Below are positions 51,206 through 64,000 of a DNA stretch of 64,000 nt, piece by piece. The stretch is from Antedon mediterranea. Taxonomy: Eukaryota; Animalia; Echinodermata. Under the pieces are notes generated by a model. The model worked only from the letters and a program-made list of their open reading frames with translations. It was not told the DNA's origin and did no database searches. Position 1 is the first letter of the stretch. Each line of letters opens with the position of its first letter. The DNA is taken from contig NC_092678.1 in the NCBI RefSeq assembly GCF_964355755.1, forward strand, positions 9,006,422-9,070,421. Direction: 5' to 3'. The translations under genes were made by a program, and so were the position numbers.

Positions 51206-52773
51206 AACTAGACATGTAACTCGTCACTTTGACGAGTTTGGTTATCCGCCGCGCAAGTGGTGCAACATTAACATTAAGGGGATAGGTTGAGGACAAAAGG
51301 AAGTGTTCACGTTGGCATTATGACCTGAACTGAAGAATATGATATGTTGTTATTGCTGAATTTTATTATTTAAATTCATATATAGTATATACACAGTATA
51401 ATCTGTATCCATATCACATACAGTGTAGAATAGGTGAAATTACGGGACCCGCTATTTATTGCAATTTTTAACATGTTGACGGTTTTAAAATGAAACGCGA
51501 AAGTAGCAATTCCGAAAGGAAATTATCTCAGCAACAACGTATTAGCGTGTAGAAGAAATTTGAATACGTGAAATATTGATGCGCGCTCTTTTAAATGTAA
51601 TGAATTATGACGCAAAAGATGAAAATACGACCTTTTTTATTTAACTGGCCATATGATGACGTCACAACATCCGATTTGCAACATTTTTACATAATTTCGT
51701 ATCTACAATCCAATAGCTTCCAGAAAAAATTTTAATCGTGATTATCACATTTTATTCTTACGAGCTATAACAGATTAAAATTTACTGTAAAGATGAAATT
51801 AATGCCACACGTGATTTAAATTTTTAGGCATGATGACGTTAAAAAAATTAAAATATTTTTAACTCATGCGAAAGATACTTGATTGACCTAGACAAAATCA
51901 AAATCGGGGTGAAAATGGAAAACGGATAAGTGGAGATGCGCTCTATTCAATGTGATGAGCTATGACAAAAAATACAAAAATCCTAAATTTTATATTCGCA
52001 TGGCCATACGATGACGTCATAATGTCCGGTTAGCCATATTAATACCTGATCCGATATCTACAACTCATCTACTTCCAGAATATGCCATCCACAAAAAGTT
52101 GACCGTCTAGTTTAGAAATTACGACTGTTTAAAAAAAGGCATATTTTAAACGAATTTTTTAACCTTTTCATAAAAAACGCGCGCAAATTGTCCAATTCGA
52201 CGTGCTCGTATGACGTATCTTTAAGTCGAAATTGTTTAAAATTTGGTAAAATTACTAGAAAAGGCTGGAAAAATATAAATCACGCGAAAAAAGTACGTTT
52301 TCAATACTACGTGCGCACCGCACACGTAAAAATGTGCGCACGCGTGGGAATTTTTGACATGCTTAAAACGACATGAAACGCGTAGAAAGTTGATTATAAA
52401 TTAATTTTGCGCATTTTGAAATTTTAAATGCGCGTGCGCGCGTAACTTTGTGTAAAACACGCAATTTTTTTTCAACAGAAAGTTAGCGCATGATATAAAT
52501 TAAACTTTTGCAAAGTTTCAAGTTGAAATGTTATTTGGTTGTCGAGCTATGTTAAATACGACAAAATCGTTAAATCGCGCGTAAGTCACGTTGCGCAATT
52601 GTAAACGTCATGAAAAGCTTCGCTTGACGACGTTACGTAAATGTCAATATGTTAAGATAGTTACCGAAATGTTATGTTTGCGAGTTTTAGAGAAAAGCGT
52701 TACACAAAAATCATACAGAATGATTTCGTACAATCACAAGAGGTTATCCTGCAACTTCGTTGCGGATAACCAA
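51206..52773 (-). mobile_element. 1.57-kb HINE/Helentron-type element
   Basis: Minus 5' end TTGGTTATCCGCAACGAAGTTGCAGGATAACC (palindromic subTIR). Minus 3' end GCGGATAACCAA, then hairpin AACTCGTCA-AAG-TGACGAGTT, then ACATGTCTAGTT. Confidence 0.75.
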
Positions 52774-54962
52774 TGAACCGCGCTGTACGTTGTTTTTGGT
52801 TGTTGGTACTGTTTGTTTAATGTGCGGAGATCCGTTAATACATATAGACCTAGGCTAGGTCTACTACCTACTTTTATAATTAGGCTAGTCAGCTAGGTTC
52901 TTCGATATTATTTGCAAAAAACAAGGTAAGATCCCAAGGTAAACTTACTTGTCTATAGGCCTAGGCTAGTAGTAAGTAATATGCGTTAGCCTATAGCCTC
53001 CTAGCTAGCTAGTAGGCTAGCTAGGCTATTATAGGTCCTCAGTCCCTAGCTAGCTATAGACCTAGGCCGGATGTTGCCCGGCCCATCGCAAAGGGTGTTA
53101 GATGAAATCAGTCGCGCTTGAAATCGGTCGCGCATTAAATCGGTCGCGATAAAATCAACATCCGGCATTTTGTATGGACCGCCGCTAGATACGCTTTTAT
53201 CATATTAATATGTCCGTTTGATATCGGTGGCGTTTTATTTTGGTCGCGCTAATTTGAATAAAGAATTTCTAATTAAATACTATTAACATTTTTTTTTACC
53301 TCGATCGTTACAGTAAATATAAATATTTATCTCATTATTTATAAATAATTCGCAATAAAATCAACATCCGGCATTTTGTATGGACCGCCGCTAGATACGC
53401 TTTATCATATTAATATGTCCGTTTGATATCGGTTGCGTTTTATTTTGGTCGCGCTAATTTGAATAAAGAATTTCTAATTAAATACTAGTATTAACATTTT
53501 TTTTTACCTCGATCGTTACAGTAAATATAAATATTTATCTCATTATTTATAAATAATTTGTGTTTTCATTTCATCTTACAGGTGTCAATGAATAATTGTA
53601 ATGTGTTTGTTTTGAAAATCGTTTTAAAAATGTTTTATTGAATATTATTATTGTTTAAGTTTTTGAAAAGATTAGCATTTTGAAAATGTTGAAATAATAA
53701 AATAATAATAATAAACTTGTTCTTCCCCCTGCAAATGTATACAGTACCAGCTCAATGAGGTTTATGCAATAAAGGAAGATGATGCATAACGATGATTTTT
53801 ACGTTCGATATCTGCCACTCTAACGTGAGCATGGTTTTAGGATAATAATAAAATATATAGATAATATGCCGTTATAAATCAATCTACCGGGCCTATACAG
53901 TAGGACTATGATGTACAATGATAGATGTGAGAATAATAATGGATGGATAATAAAGGTGGACACGATTCTCAAAGAGGTAATCTTGCACTGATTTTTAAAC
54001 ATTTAGATTTACGAACGGCGTATGGATGTGAGACACTGAGTTGTACCTAATTATTTACATTTAATGATTATTATAAATGAAGAAATAAAAGATATTCAAA
54101 TTAAAACTATAGTATCGCCGACGTATATACATAAGTAAGTTATATACCTCTTTTCACAAAAACACATGCAGGAGACCTATCATAGATGTTTCAAACGTAT
54201 GGTTATTAGTAATAGGCCTATACGTCATCTTAAATGGCCATGGACAACGATCGTATGTGTTTTGTCAATGATTTGACACACTAGTGCATGTTTTTTTTAA
54301 AAGGGGAATCCCTGTCAGCAAAATAACGTACAGTTAACGGCTGCCAGATCATAGAAGGCGCATCTCAGATATGTCTTATTTCGGGGTTTATTTCATTAAC
54401 TCGCCTTTTAACGATCCCCATAATAATCATTTTTACTAGAAACTATTTTAAACATTAGAAATAAAAATATACACATGATTTGCCTCAACAATAATCATTA
54501 TACTTAATATTATCCTACATAACGTACGGACATGAAATAAAATAGAAATAAAAATAAGGTGATCGAATAGTAAGTTGTTAACAACATGGATATTATATAT
54601 CTGACACAGTATACATAAGTATAAAAATGGATACGCTGGCTTTACGGGCTATACATTGGAACAATTATTGTTTTTAAATAAATAATGTTCTCTATTACAT
54701 AATTGTTTGCATAATAATAGACACAGACATATATTCTCTATATAATATATTAATTACAGTACATAATAAAATAGAGGTAAATTATTGCCTAATATAATAT
54801 TTTAAACGTGTTTAGAAATGGCCATTTTGAAAAGACACAGTCCTTCTCCGAGACATGTGAAGTAAAAAAAAAAGTAATGAACGGATAACAAATATTTATT
54901 AACCAAATAAAAAGTATCCACATAAATAATCTTGTTTAAAAAAAATTATCAATTAAATCTAT

Positions 54963-57900
54963 TAGTAGGACGGCCAATGTGAGCTTTTTCATCATGGGGG
55001 GCATTTTCTGTTAACAGCAGGCAACCATGTGGAATATATCCCTTATGGGATGACAAAAAAGATAGGGGTGGATGCCGCTCTCAAATTTCAGGTCAAAGGT
55101 CATTTTCAAGGTTATAAGGTCAAATATGGTAAAATAGAGGTTTAAGCTGTTTTCAACAACATATAAAAGCTAATTATTGGATCATTATTGACATATTGCT
55201 GCAGATGGTGAAGTTCATCAATTTTTCAACTTACAAGTTTAAAGGTCATTTTCAAGGTCATAAGGTCAAATAGAGCACATACCTGTTAATTATCGGTATT
55301 AATAATTGAAATAAATATAATTTTCATGATAGCTGGGCTGATGGTTATAGTGTGGTGTCAAAAAGACCAGAATTGTACTGGGAAGATTTTAAACTTTTTG
55401 AGTCACTCCTGGTAGGTGTTCAAGGAATGGAGAGGATGAGTCCTAGAGTATCAAAATAACCAAAATTGGAGGCCTACTGGAATGTCTTAAATTTCATTTA
55501 AAAACGGTCACAGAGGATTTGTGGGTTGGACGTAATGGGCGGCATGGGCACATGCCAATATTCAAAATTTTTCTGGGATGGAAGGAGGTAATGCTCTGAG
55601 GTGGGTATTTCTTCAAGCACTGATATATAATGCCTACTGGCCATCTGGGTAACGGCAAACGATTGAATCACAACCACATGCATGCTTTCACATGTAACAA
55701 GTTCCAAACTGACAACTGGGTTAGGGGCATCCAAATGACCCGATTCATTTAGGCCACATACTGATCTCTGCCTGATAGTTGGCTCGTATGTTTAGGTTCT
55801 ATGATGTCTGTATTCACCATAGGTGAGTTTTTTTAATTTTAAGTGTTTCCCGAAGTAGAAATACAGGTACTTAAATATTTATTGAGTGAAGTAAAATACT
55901 TAATATTTAAGGGAAATATATATCACTAGTGTTAATGGTATATGGTCACTGAGTCTAGATGGAGGAGCACCAAAGAGTAGTCTGTTATTATACAGTTATC
56001 TGCTCAAGAGTACCATATATTTGGCAATATTAAACTTTAGTGTACACTGTACGTGGAAAGTCTTAATCTTAATCAATTCCATTTACAAGGAGTGGATGCG
56101 TTACAAATGATTTCCAGTATGACCTCTTCCCATAACCAGCAAATAATGACGTGCTGCAACCTGTAATGGCATGGAAGCTGGTTAGATTATTCTTAATAGG
56201 TTTTCAACTACTTTATTGTTCACTATACCAGACATCGTCCATACTTTTGAAGGCTACTGTTACAAAGTGCATATCATTATTAACATCAACTTTCATGTAT
56301 AATTGCAAGCTCTTTGTTATTGACATAAAGAATGTCTAAAAACTGTGTGATATTTGTTCTCCTCCAAACCGATGAGTGGGGCCCAAAACACATACGGAAG
56401 TACAGATTAGTACATTGGGACTATCCTTTCAATCGTGTCACTGCTTTTATCCACCCCTTTGCCAATGTAATGATCAAATACAACAAAATGACGAAATATC
56501 TAGGTAACTTGCATAAATACTTGCATAGTCACCAAATGTTTACAGCCATGTTTACTGCATCCTATAGTGCATGGCCATCATGTTTTTACTGTAAGTTTTC
56601 TTCTGGAACATCTGTGGGTATTTCAACGCCATCCATCAAGATATGTGAAGTCATATTTGGTTAAAGATATTAAAATTGGGCTATGATCACACTCCAATGG
56701 TTGATCAGCAGATTTTCTGTCAGTTTTTATATACTTTATCGAAACAGTTGCCTTATAGAAATCCGCAAAGGTTTAGAGCGATGCTTTCTCAGTGGCTCAT
56801 GAAGTTCTAAGTTCTACTGTTTTTTTTCTTTCAATAAGTTGTTACTTTAAATATAAGATCTTCCTTATCATCTGTCAGTTCGAAAGAATATTGTGTATTA
56901 TGTGTGATTCGTAATCAGTCTGACCATGTCATGCAGAACCTATCAATGAATTACAGCGTTTCTTGTTATACCAATGATTCTATTTTGAATTGATCAATCA
57001 TCCACTCAGTGTTTAGAATATTGGTTCTGATAGTTTAGATAGGTAAATTTGTTTACCCTTTTAACCTCATTTCTACAACGAATCCAATCGGTTTTTAAAT
57101 GTGTTGGTGGTTTTAGAAATGACGACGACTTTGGTTGGCAAACTATTAAAATATATAATTACTAATTGTGAAAAAGTGGATCTCCTATCAGTCCTTTGTG
57201 AAATTTAGGTTTAAAAAGTCTAAGCTGATGTCCTCGTGTATTTCTGCTTAGATTGCATCTTATTTGAAGGAAGTCTTCCTTGGCTACACCCTCGAAATCT
57301 TTTGAAAATTTTCAATCAAGTCACCATGAATTCGTCTGTCATACAGGGTTGTTAGGCCAAGAAACTTTAAACGATCTTCATATGAATAAGAATGGATAGC
57401 TGGAATTTGATTTGTCGCATGACGTTGTCCTCTTCAAGTGCGTTTACTTTTTGGGAGAAATGGATTTCATACCTGGACACAGTACGTAACGTAATGTTTG
57501 TAAATAACGTTAAAACCGTCTTTATCCATGTGTATAAAGGACTTCTTAATTACTTAAAGAGTTTTATATTTGTTATCACCGTCAGCCATGATAGCATAGA
57601 TGCGAAGGCCTCAAGAAGAAGTCCCCAATTACCACTCCTTCCAACCTTGATAAAGTCCAATAGTTAGAGTTTTTGAAAACAAAGACTCGATACCCAGGTT
57701 TCTCTTTCGAGATTTCTTGAAACAACAAACTTCAATAAAAACTTGTATCATTGAAATAATGAAAAAAATGTTTAAATAATTACATTATAGGGGGTCTCTG
57801 ACCCAAACAAAAACATCTCGACATTAGGTCATATAGGGGGGTCTCTGTTTTCGAAATTTTTCTAAAAACAAATTTCTAAATATTATTACATTATTATAGG

Positions 57901-58512
57901 TAATATTAATAATTTTTCTAAAAACAAATTTCTAAATATTACTGTATTACATTATTATAAGTAATATTAATATTATAGTAAAAGACCAATCTTTTGGCAC
58001 ATATGGCGTTTCATACATATAACACTTGACCTATTTTTTCCCGACAAAAATCAAAACGATGACTGGTGGACAACATGAAAAAGACAAATTTACAACAGAC
58101 TGGGAAAAGCCTATTAAAAAACTGTGTGTACTTTACAGAAATATGTGAAAACAACATTTTGAGAAAATGACACTTATATATTTAATTTCCTATGTTTTTA
58201 TGTGTAAAATTAAATGTTTATCTCATAATTACTATGATATGAAGCATCAGTTGATCTTCAGATTTATACCTTTTTGGATAGATCTGATGATGTAGACGAT
58301 TTTCCGTGAATAAAAAAAAATCCTATATTTTGACCTTGTTTGACCTCTTGACCACATAAACTGACCTTAAAACCCAAAACTGAAGATGACATCCACCCCT
58401 ATCGTTTTTGTCACCCCACAAAGGATACATTCAACATGGTTGCCTGCTATTAACAAAAAATGCCCCCCAAACTTTTTATAGAGGACTTTTGTGTATTTTG
58501 GCCTCTCTACTA
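54963..58512 (-). mobile_element. Decayed Academ DNA transposon
   Basis: TAT|TAGTAGGACGGCCAA at the left end and TTGGCCTCTCTACTA|TAT at the right end, with >150-bp imperfect TIRs. Minus-strand remnants RANYQA (55769-55786) and DAPNPV (55714-55731) resemble the Academ transposase C-terminal region. Confidence 0.72.
57075..57470 (-). mobile_element. 5'-truncated CR1-clade LINE ORF2 remnant
   Basis: Minus-strand translations QRHATNQIPAIHSYSYEDRLKFLGLTTLYDRRIHGDLIE, NTRGHQLRLFKP and LPTKVVVISKTTNTFKNRLD are typical CR1 C-terminal motifs, here with frameshifts. Confidence 0.8.
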
Positions 58513-60949
58513 TATAAAATATATGTAATATATTATAAACGAAGAAAATGTAATCCTGCTAACATGCATCTCGCTCCATACAAAATAGCGCGACCGATTT
58601 CAAACGTGACCAATATCATCAAATGTATAGCTCTAGCTAGTTGATTTTATCGCGACCGATTTCAAACGAGACCGATTTCAGACGTAACCGATTTCATCGG
58701 AAATCTGGCAAAGTTGCCCCATACAAAGTTGCCTCTTAAAAAGTCACCCCATCGCAAAGTCGCGCTAAAACACAGTCGTACGCTCCCATACGAGGAAGCC
58801 CTCGACTAATCACTTTGCCACACTAACGCGTGAGGTGGTTTCCCGAATAATCGCAAAAAAAAACGGTACTGGGTATGACCAACTAGCGTTCTTGTCACCA
58901 ACTAGTCATCCATTCATAGAAGTACTGATGTAGTAGCCTACAGTATCTGTACGGTGACCATAGTGGACCCGAGAAACTTAAACTACGACTTTTAGATGAT
59001 AGAAAGTTGAGAACATTTGTTACGAGTAGTTGTACGATATGAGAATGTTTATGAAAATATGTTAAAGATGTAAAACATATATAGGCATATAAACAGTAAT
59101 GTTTGTTAGTATTAGCAATTTTATGTTAATTAAGATACTGTAATATAAGGAAGAAAAGCAAAGAGATTATGGACCGGCTGTACCTGAATATACAACACAC
59201 GTATTGTAAGGTTAAAATACTAGAAATTTAGGCGATCTTGTCAAAGGTCAAACGCCTTCAGCCTGCCACCACGTTTCGATATTCAATATTGAACTTGACC
59301 TGACATGGTTCCACAATATCTTTATATGAAAAATTTTAGAGTGGATAGAAAACTATTAAAAATGGATTGTTAAACTGTTTGTAGTACCGTATACGTTGTT
59401 CGTTTTAATGTTAAACTAGGCCTATGTTTAAATTGTAAAAGTATTTTATTTCAAGATGAAGGAGATTGACGGTTTATGTTGCGTACTTGTTTCTGTGACT
59501 GTATACAGGACGTTAATATTAACATTATTATATAGGATTTACGTAATATGATTATATTTTATCATTTATATGAATGATAATTTTAAAGAAGAAATGATTT
59601 AGTTCTAAATATAATATTAATTAGTCTTACCTTGTTTATATTAGCCATTTGGTTTGGATATTATTGAAATAATGATATGTTGGAGCTGTTTTAACATTTA
59701 AGATGTTCTTACCGACCTTTCCTTTGTGAGAATGTTATATTTGAAAGTAACAAGTTCGAAGGTTTGCTACAGTATGTGTGTGCGTTAGAACGTGGTATTG
59801 AAATTTATGCAGTGTTTAATTACGCGTAAAAGTCTGTATAGATTATTATATGGTAGGGGATTATAAACGGTTTTTGGTTTTAAATTATATAGTGGAGTAA
59901 TTTATTTAGATATATTTGAGTTTATATACTTGGTTATGGTTTGAGAAAAAATGTTGAATAGGGTTTATGGGTAAAAACATAAATAAACAAATATCGTTTT
60001 AGTTGGATTATTTGTAGGGTGGTTTATAGGGAAGGTTTTATAGATATTATATATTGTTTTTGATTAGGTTATGTAAAGGGGTAGGTTTAGGAATATAATA
60101 GGAAAAATAATTCAGGGTCGTTTAATTTATAAAGTTGAAATCGGATGTTTGGTTTAGTTTTAGTAATAACCTTTTGGGTCAAAAATTTGCAGTAGGTTAC
60201 AGTTTATTAATATTATATAGGAATGGTTGCAAAATTTAGAATTAATTAACGTATAGTGATCAGAAAAATAAATTGATGTCATTTGGGTGGGTGTTTATAA
60301 AATATTTAATCTGGTATAAAAACATTTTATAAGTCATAAAACTCAAAATGAATAAATAAATATAGAGGTAAATATTATGGTACAGTATGAATAACTATTT
60401 ATTTGACAATATAAAACTTAAAAGTGTTTATATGAATATAAAAAATACAACAATTTAGTATTAAAGTATTATATGATATTAAAATAATATTAAATTATAC
60501 TAACAACGTATCATTTTTATACTTATCAGCTAATTATCTTTCTTGATTACATATATTCGATCAAGTAAATATTATTTCTATTTGTATTCAATAAAAACGT
60601 GTACATGCATTTATAGTTGTCAAATAGACAACGCAATGACGTACTGTATGATCGTTTTCCATTAATTTTTTTATTAAATAATTCAGTGAAATGATCACAC
60701 GTTGGTTTAAGGCACTTACATTTTATAATAACTTATTCAAAAAGAAGAATGCAGCAATCAATACAGTAGCCATGGGCCTACTTAATATTATAATAATATA
60801 AGTCTTCATCACACAGGACTAAGCAGCCACTGATAGGTCAGTAGGTTTTCATTATAGTATCGATAATTATGATTGGTATCTAAAATTGTAATAAAACTGG
60901 GTTTAAATGTATTATAAAAATACTGTATACCTTAAATAGCATTAAACAT

Positions 60950-61052
60950 GGGTACGGGCCAGCCCGTGATGGGTACGAGCCTGCCCATGATGGGTACGGG
61001 TGAGCCAAAATTTTGGGTACGAGTTGACATGAGTACGGGTTGACCTGTATCC
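60950..61052. repeat. GGGTACG-subrepeat terminus of a MULE-like element
   Basis: Five (G)GGTACG(A/G)G units ending GGGTTGACCTGTATCC; the partner end was not identified. Confidence 0.45.
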
Positions 61053-61320
61053 AATACAGATAAGGTCAACCTGGACGATCAGGACCACAGGCGATCTGGC
61101 TCATTGTAAGACGATTGGGTCCGAAGTGTGAGACTATCGGGCCCAACAAGGTTTTAAGACGACAGGACCAAAGACGATCAGGTCCAGATGATCGGACTTA
61201 ACAAATAAGACAATCAAGCACATTTTATTTTGTACTGTACCGTACATTATACATTTCATGATCGCTTTTATTCGGTATGCCTACTGTAGATTATTTTGTT
61301 AGATACATAAACACATACAC

Positions 61321-61694
61321 ACTAGAATGGCACTCTGAGTGCGTATACCTCCACCTACTGTAACATTTGTACAAACATTTCTTTGATCAATTAATTCCAA
61401 TTTCAGTTTACTTGTTACTTTAAGACTGCTAGCCGGCTTTTGAAAATGTCTCCTATCTTTTAACATAAGAAGGTCTGAAAATAATAATAAAAGTGGTCCA
61501 GAATTGGGATCCTGGCTGGGTTGCCTCCAAAATCTAATGGAGTGGTCCTTGACCACATATCAGCTATCTGTATTTTCACTTTGGTAAAGATCTTGCAATA
61601 CATTTTTGAGTAATCCTCCCGGTAATCCTGCTAACAAACACACAATCTGACACACACGATCGACTCTATGCATATACCTCCTTGGCGGAGGTAA
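61321..61694. mobile_element. HINE copy related to 31953-32577
   Basis: Starts ACTAGAATGGCACTCTGAGTGCGTATACCTCC and ends TACCTCCTTGGCGGAGGTAA; shares the internal TTTCAGTTTACTTGTTACTTTAAGACTGCT. Confidence 0.75.
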
Positions 61695-62647
61695 ATGAAC
61701 TTTATTACTGACAGTTGCTTCTCAACGTTTGTATTAATTATTATTTTAAAAAAATATTTAGAAATTGTTCTTCTTTGCATCTGTCTCATTTCCTCATACC
61801 TAATGTTACATACAAAACACAAATTGTGTTTGTTTAAATTTGACTACAAAATTTTGACTCATTTTGTTTCTCTTTTGGAAGTAGTTCCCTGGGTGCTAAT
61901 TTTGGTTTACTACATAAATCATTGTGTCTATTTGTTCCTGTGAATGGCAGGTATTATAGTCCTGTTGTACCCAAAAGTATTGCATAATTTGAAAATCACC
62001 AGTTTTTTTACGATGAAATTACTGTGTATTCGAGAACCATTTAGGAATTAAAAAAATTGTAAAGCTGTTTCAAAATGTGCCACGCCCATCTAATCTAATA
62101 AAGTTCATTATGTTTTGTGAATTTCCTTTATTAATAATTTAATAATAAACTAAGCGACTTCAATTTCAATGTTATGGAAGTTACCATCTCCAGCAAGCAG
62201 CGACCATGTGTCAGTTATTCCGTATGGCCAGGATTTGATGTGATTAGCTTTTCACAGTGCCCAATAAGAAATTTAATTTTTAGATTTTAATGAAATCATG
62301 TTATTGCATATAACGCATACACGCGCTCAAAATTGTTACAATTAACTTGTTTAGAAATTAAAGTATGTTTCATTCAGGCAATTCTAAGTGGTGAAAAAAT
62401 GGTTAAAATTGCTTAATTTTAAAATTAAATATAGATCGTCCGAATGTTTGGTGACCCCTATTTTTCATTTTATTTGTTTTTAAGTGTTTGTATCATACTG
62501 TATGTATGATTTATTATGAAATTAAGAGAACAAAAGTTGATTACATCATCATTAATTGCATAATAAATTTTTTTTTTTAATATTTCGACAATCAAACAAA
62601 CTATGACATTTTTTGGACCGAAATAACAAACTTAACCTTAACATTCT

Positions 62648-64000
62648 TCTATATATAAATTTACGTAAGGGCAAAATTCGGTAAATCGCGCCTTACTTTT
62701 AGAATTTTTACTCGATGGTATATAAAGTTGGTTCGTACTTTCGGTACTGATTTTAACCACCTGATGTATTGTAACCCTGTTTACTAATTAAATTAAGTTA
62801 GATAATTAATTATTGACGATTAAAACGAATTTAGGTTCAACGATTTGCCCCAAATAGGGATGTTTTCCGATCGTGGTATACACTGTCTAATGGATGTCCA
62901 TATTGAAAAATACCCGCCACAAAAATGCGAGGAGGCTTCGCATTTTCCTATCTCCTCCTACGATAATTGTTTTTAATAGCTGAAAACCGGTTGAACAGCT
63001 CGAGTACAGTATCATAATGTTGAAGACAGGCCGATTTTCTTTAAAAAATACTATTTTGATAGATTTAAATATACGTTTATACAAATGTATTGATTTGCGA
63101 TGAATGGAACATTCCAATCTCTGTGTCGTTCCACAAGTGTCTATATATGAGGGAATATATTCCCTCAGGCGTTGTAAAGGAAAGTACTGTATACTCATAA
63201 CAGAACTTCGATCCATTTTTTTTCAATCTGTGCTGCAGAGGTTGGATATAATTTTTTTTAAACGGATAATGAGCTAGTGCTAGCGTTTTCAGTCGCCGTA
63301 TATTATGTACAAATCTTTATTATTGCAGTTAAAAACCCACATCATCACCCTTCCCTCACTGGCATGAGTAGCGTTGTAAAGCCATAGTAGAGCCTGATAG
63401 GCCTACGGTGCATCATATGCCCTAAACGCAAAACAACTTTGGTGGGTAGGGTAGGAACCAACTTAAGTATGAATTGGCTCTAAGAAACAATTGAAAACCA
63501 TTAGGCCTACTAATTAAGTTGAGTTAGATAATTTAATATTTATTGACGATTAAATCAAATTTATGATTTTCCCCGAATAGAGGTGGTTTTCACAAATTGT
63601 TTTACATTATATAAACATACACGTCGTAGTGATGTATCGTTACATGTACTGCTATTTCAATCTACTAGGACGGTGATACTGATAGTTTCAACAAAGTATT
63701 ACCGTACATCGCAATGTTTTACTGTGTTTAGTAGTATATTATTTGTAAAACATGAAAACAATTAATATTTTGTTACTAAATGGATAAAGAATATATTTAA
63801 AAATTGTTCCTCTTTGCACCCATCCTCTTCCCCATCCCTCAACCCTAATGTTACATACAAAACACAAATTAAGTTAGTTAAATTAGTTGAGTACATAAAT
63901 CACAGTGTCTATTTATTAGTTCCTGTAAACGACATGTATTATTGTCCTGCGGTACGTACATTTGAAATCGCCAGTTTTTTAACGCTGAAATTATTATGTA
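62648..64000 (+). mobile_element. Non-autonomous Helitron, copy 3 (more diverged, runs off the window)
   Basis: Starts TCTATATATAAATTTACGTAAGGGCAAAATTCGG and is colinear with copies 1 and 2, with several small indels. Confidence 0.85.

Larger units (their letters stand above)
53094..58705. mobile_element. TIR DNA transposon relic with 8-bp TSD (MULE- or hAT-like) hosting nested insertions
   Basis: TIRs made of GAAATCGGTCGCG subrepeats (53094-53160 vs 58640-58705). TSD TCGCAAAG (53086-53093) / TGGCAAAG (58706-58713). A ~205-bp tandem duplication lies at ~53144-53558. Confidence 0.7.

Noticed and set aside
56151-57667. Plus-strand ORFs 56151-56339, 56332-56664 and 57392-57667 as genes
   Set aside because: They are antisense to decayed Academ and CR1 coding remnants.

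Overview
AT-rich, repeat-dense metazoan DNA, probably an invertebrate deuterostome such as an echinoderm (inference, not provable from this window). Two protein-coding genes are supported. (1) A complete TR2/TR4-type orphan nuclear receptor gene (NR2C subfamily) on the + strand, with 10 coding exons between 24744 and 40428. All junctions are GT-AG and phase-compatible, giving 2004 nt / 667 aa, and a likely promoter lies near 17.7-18.2 kb. (2) An unrecognised 623-aa Ser/Asp-rich, probably disordered protein (13174-15045) in a single coding exon, with a TATA box and two candidate 5'UTR exons. Its sequence repeats an acidic tract followed by a P-[IV]-[RK]-L-[LI]-x-F motif. RNA-like features are a degenerate tRNA-Ala(AGC), a 73-nt tRNA-like cloverleaf with a GAA anticodon, and a decayed 5S rRNA copy. 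The rest is mobile DNA: a 3.3-kb foldback element, Academ-type palindromic elements, Harbinger/Tc1/Kolobok-like MITEs, a CORE-type SINE and several Helentron-type HINEs. Three copies of a non-autonomous Helitron are present, two as a very recent tandem that carries 223 bp of 3' flank. There is also a nest of TIR element > Academ > CR1 fragment. Most short ORFs in the track are spurious or are exon pieces. Family assignments rest on termini, TSDs and motifs read by eye; no database searches were run.
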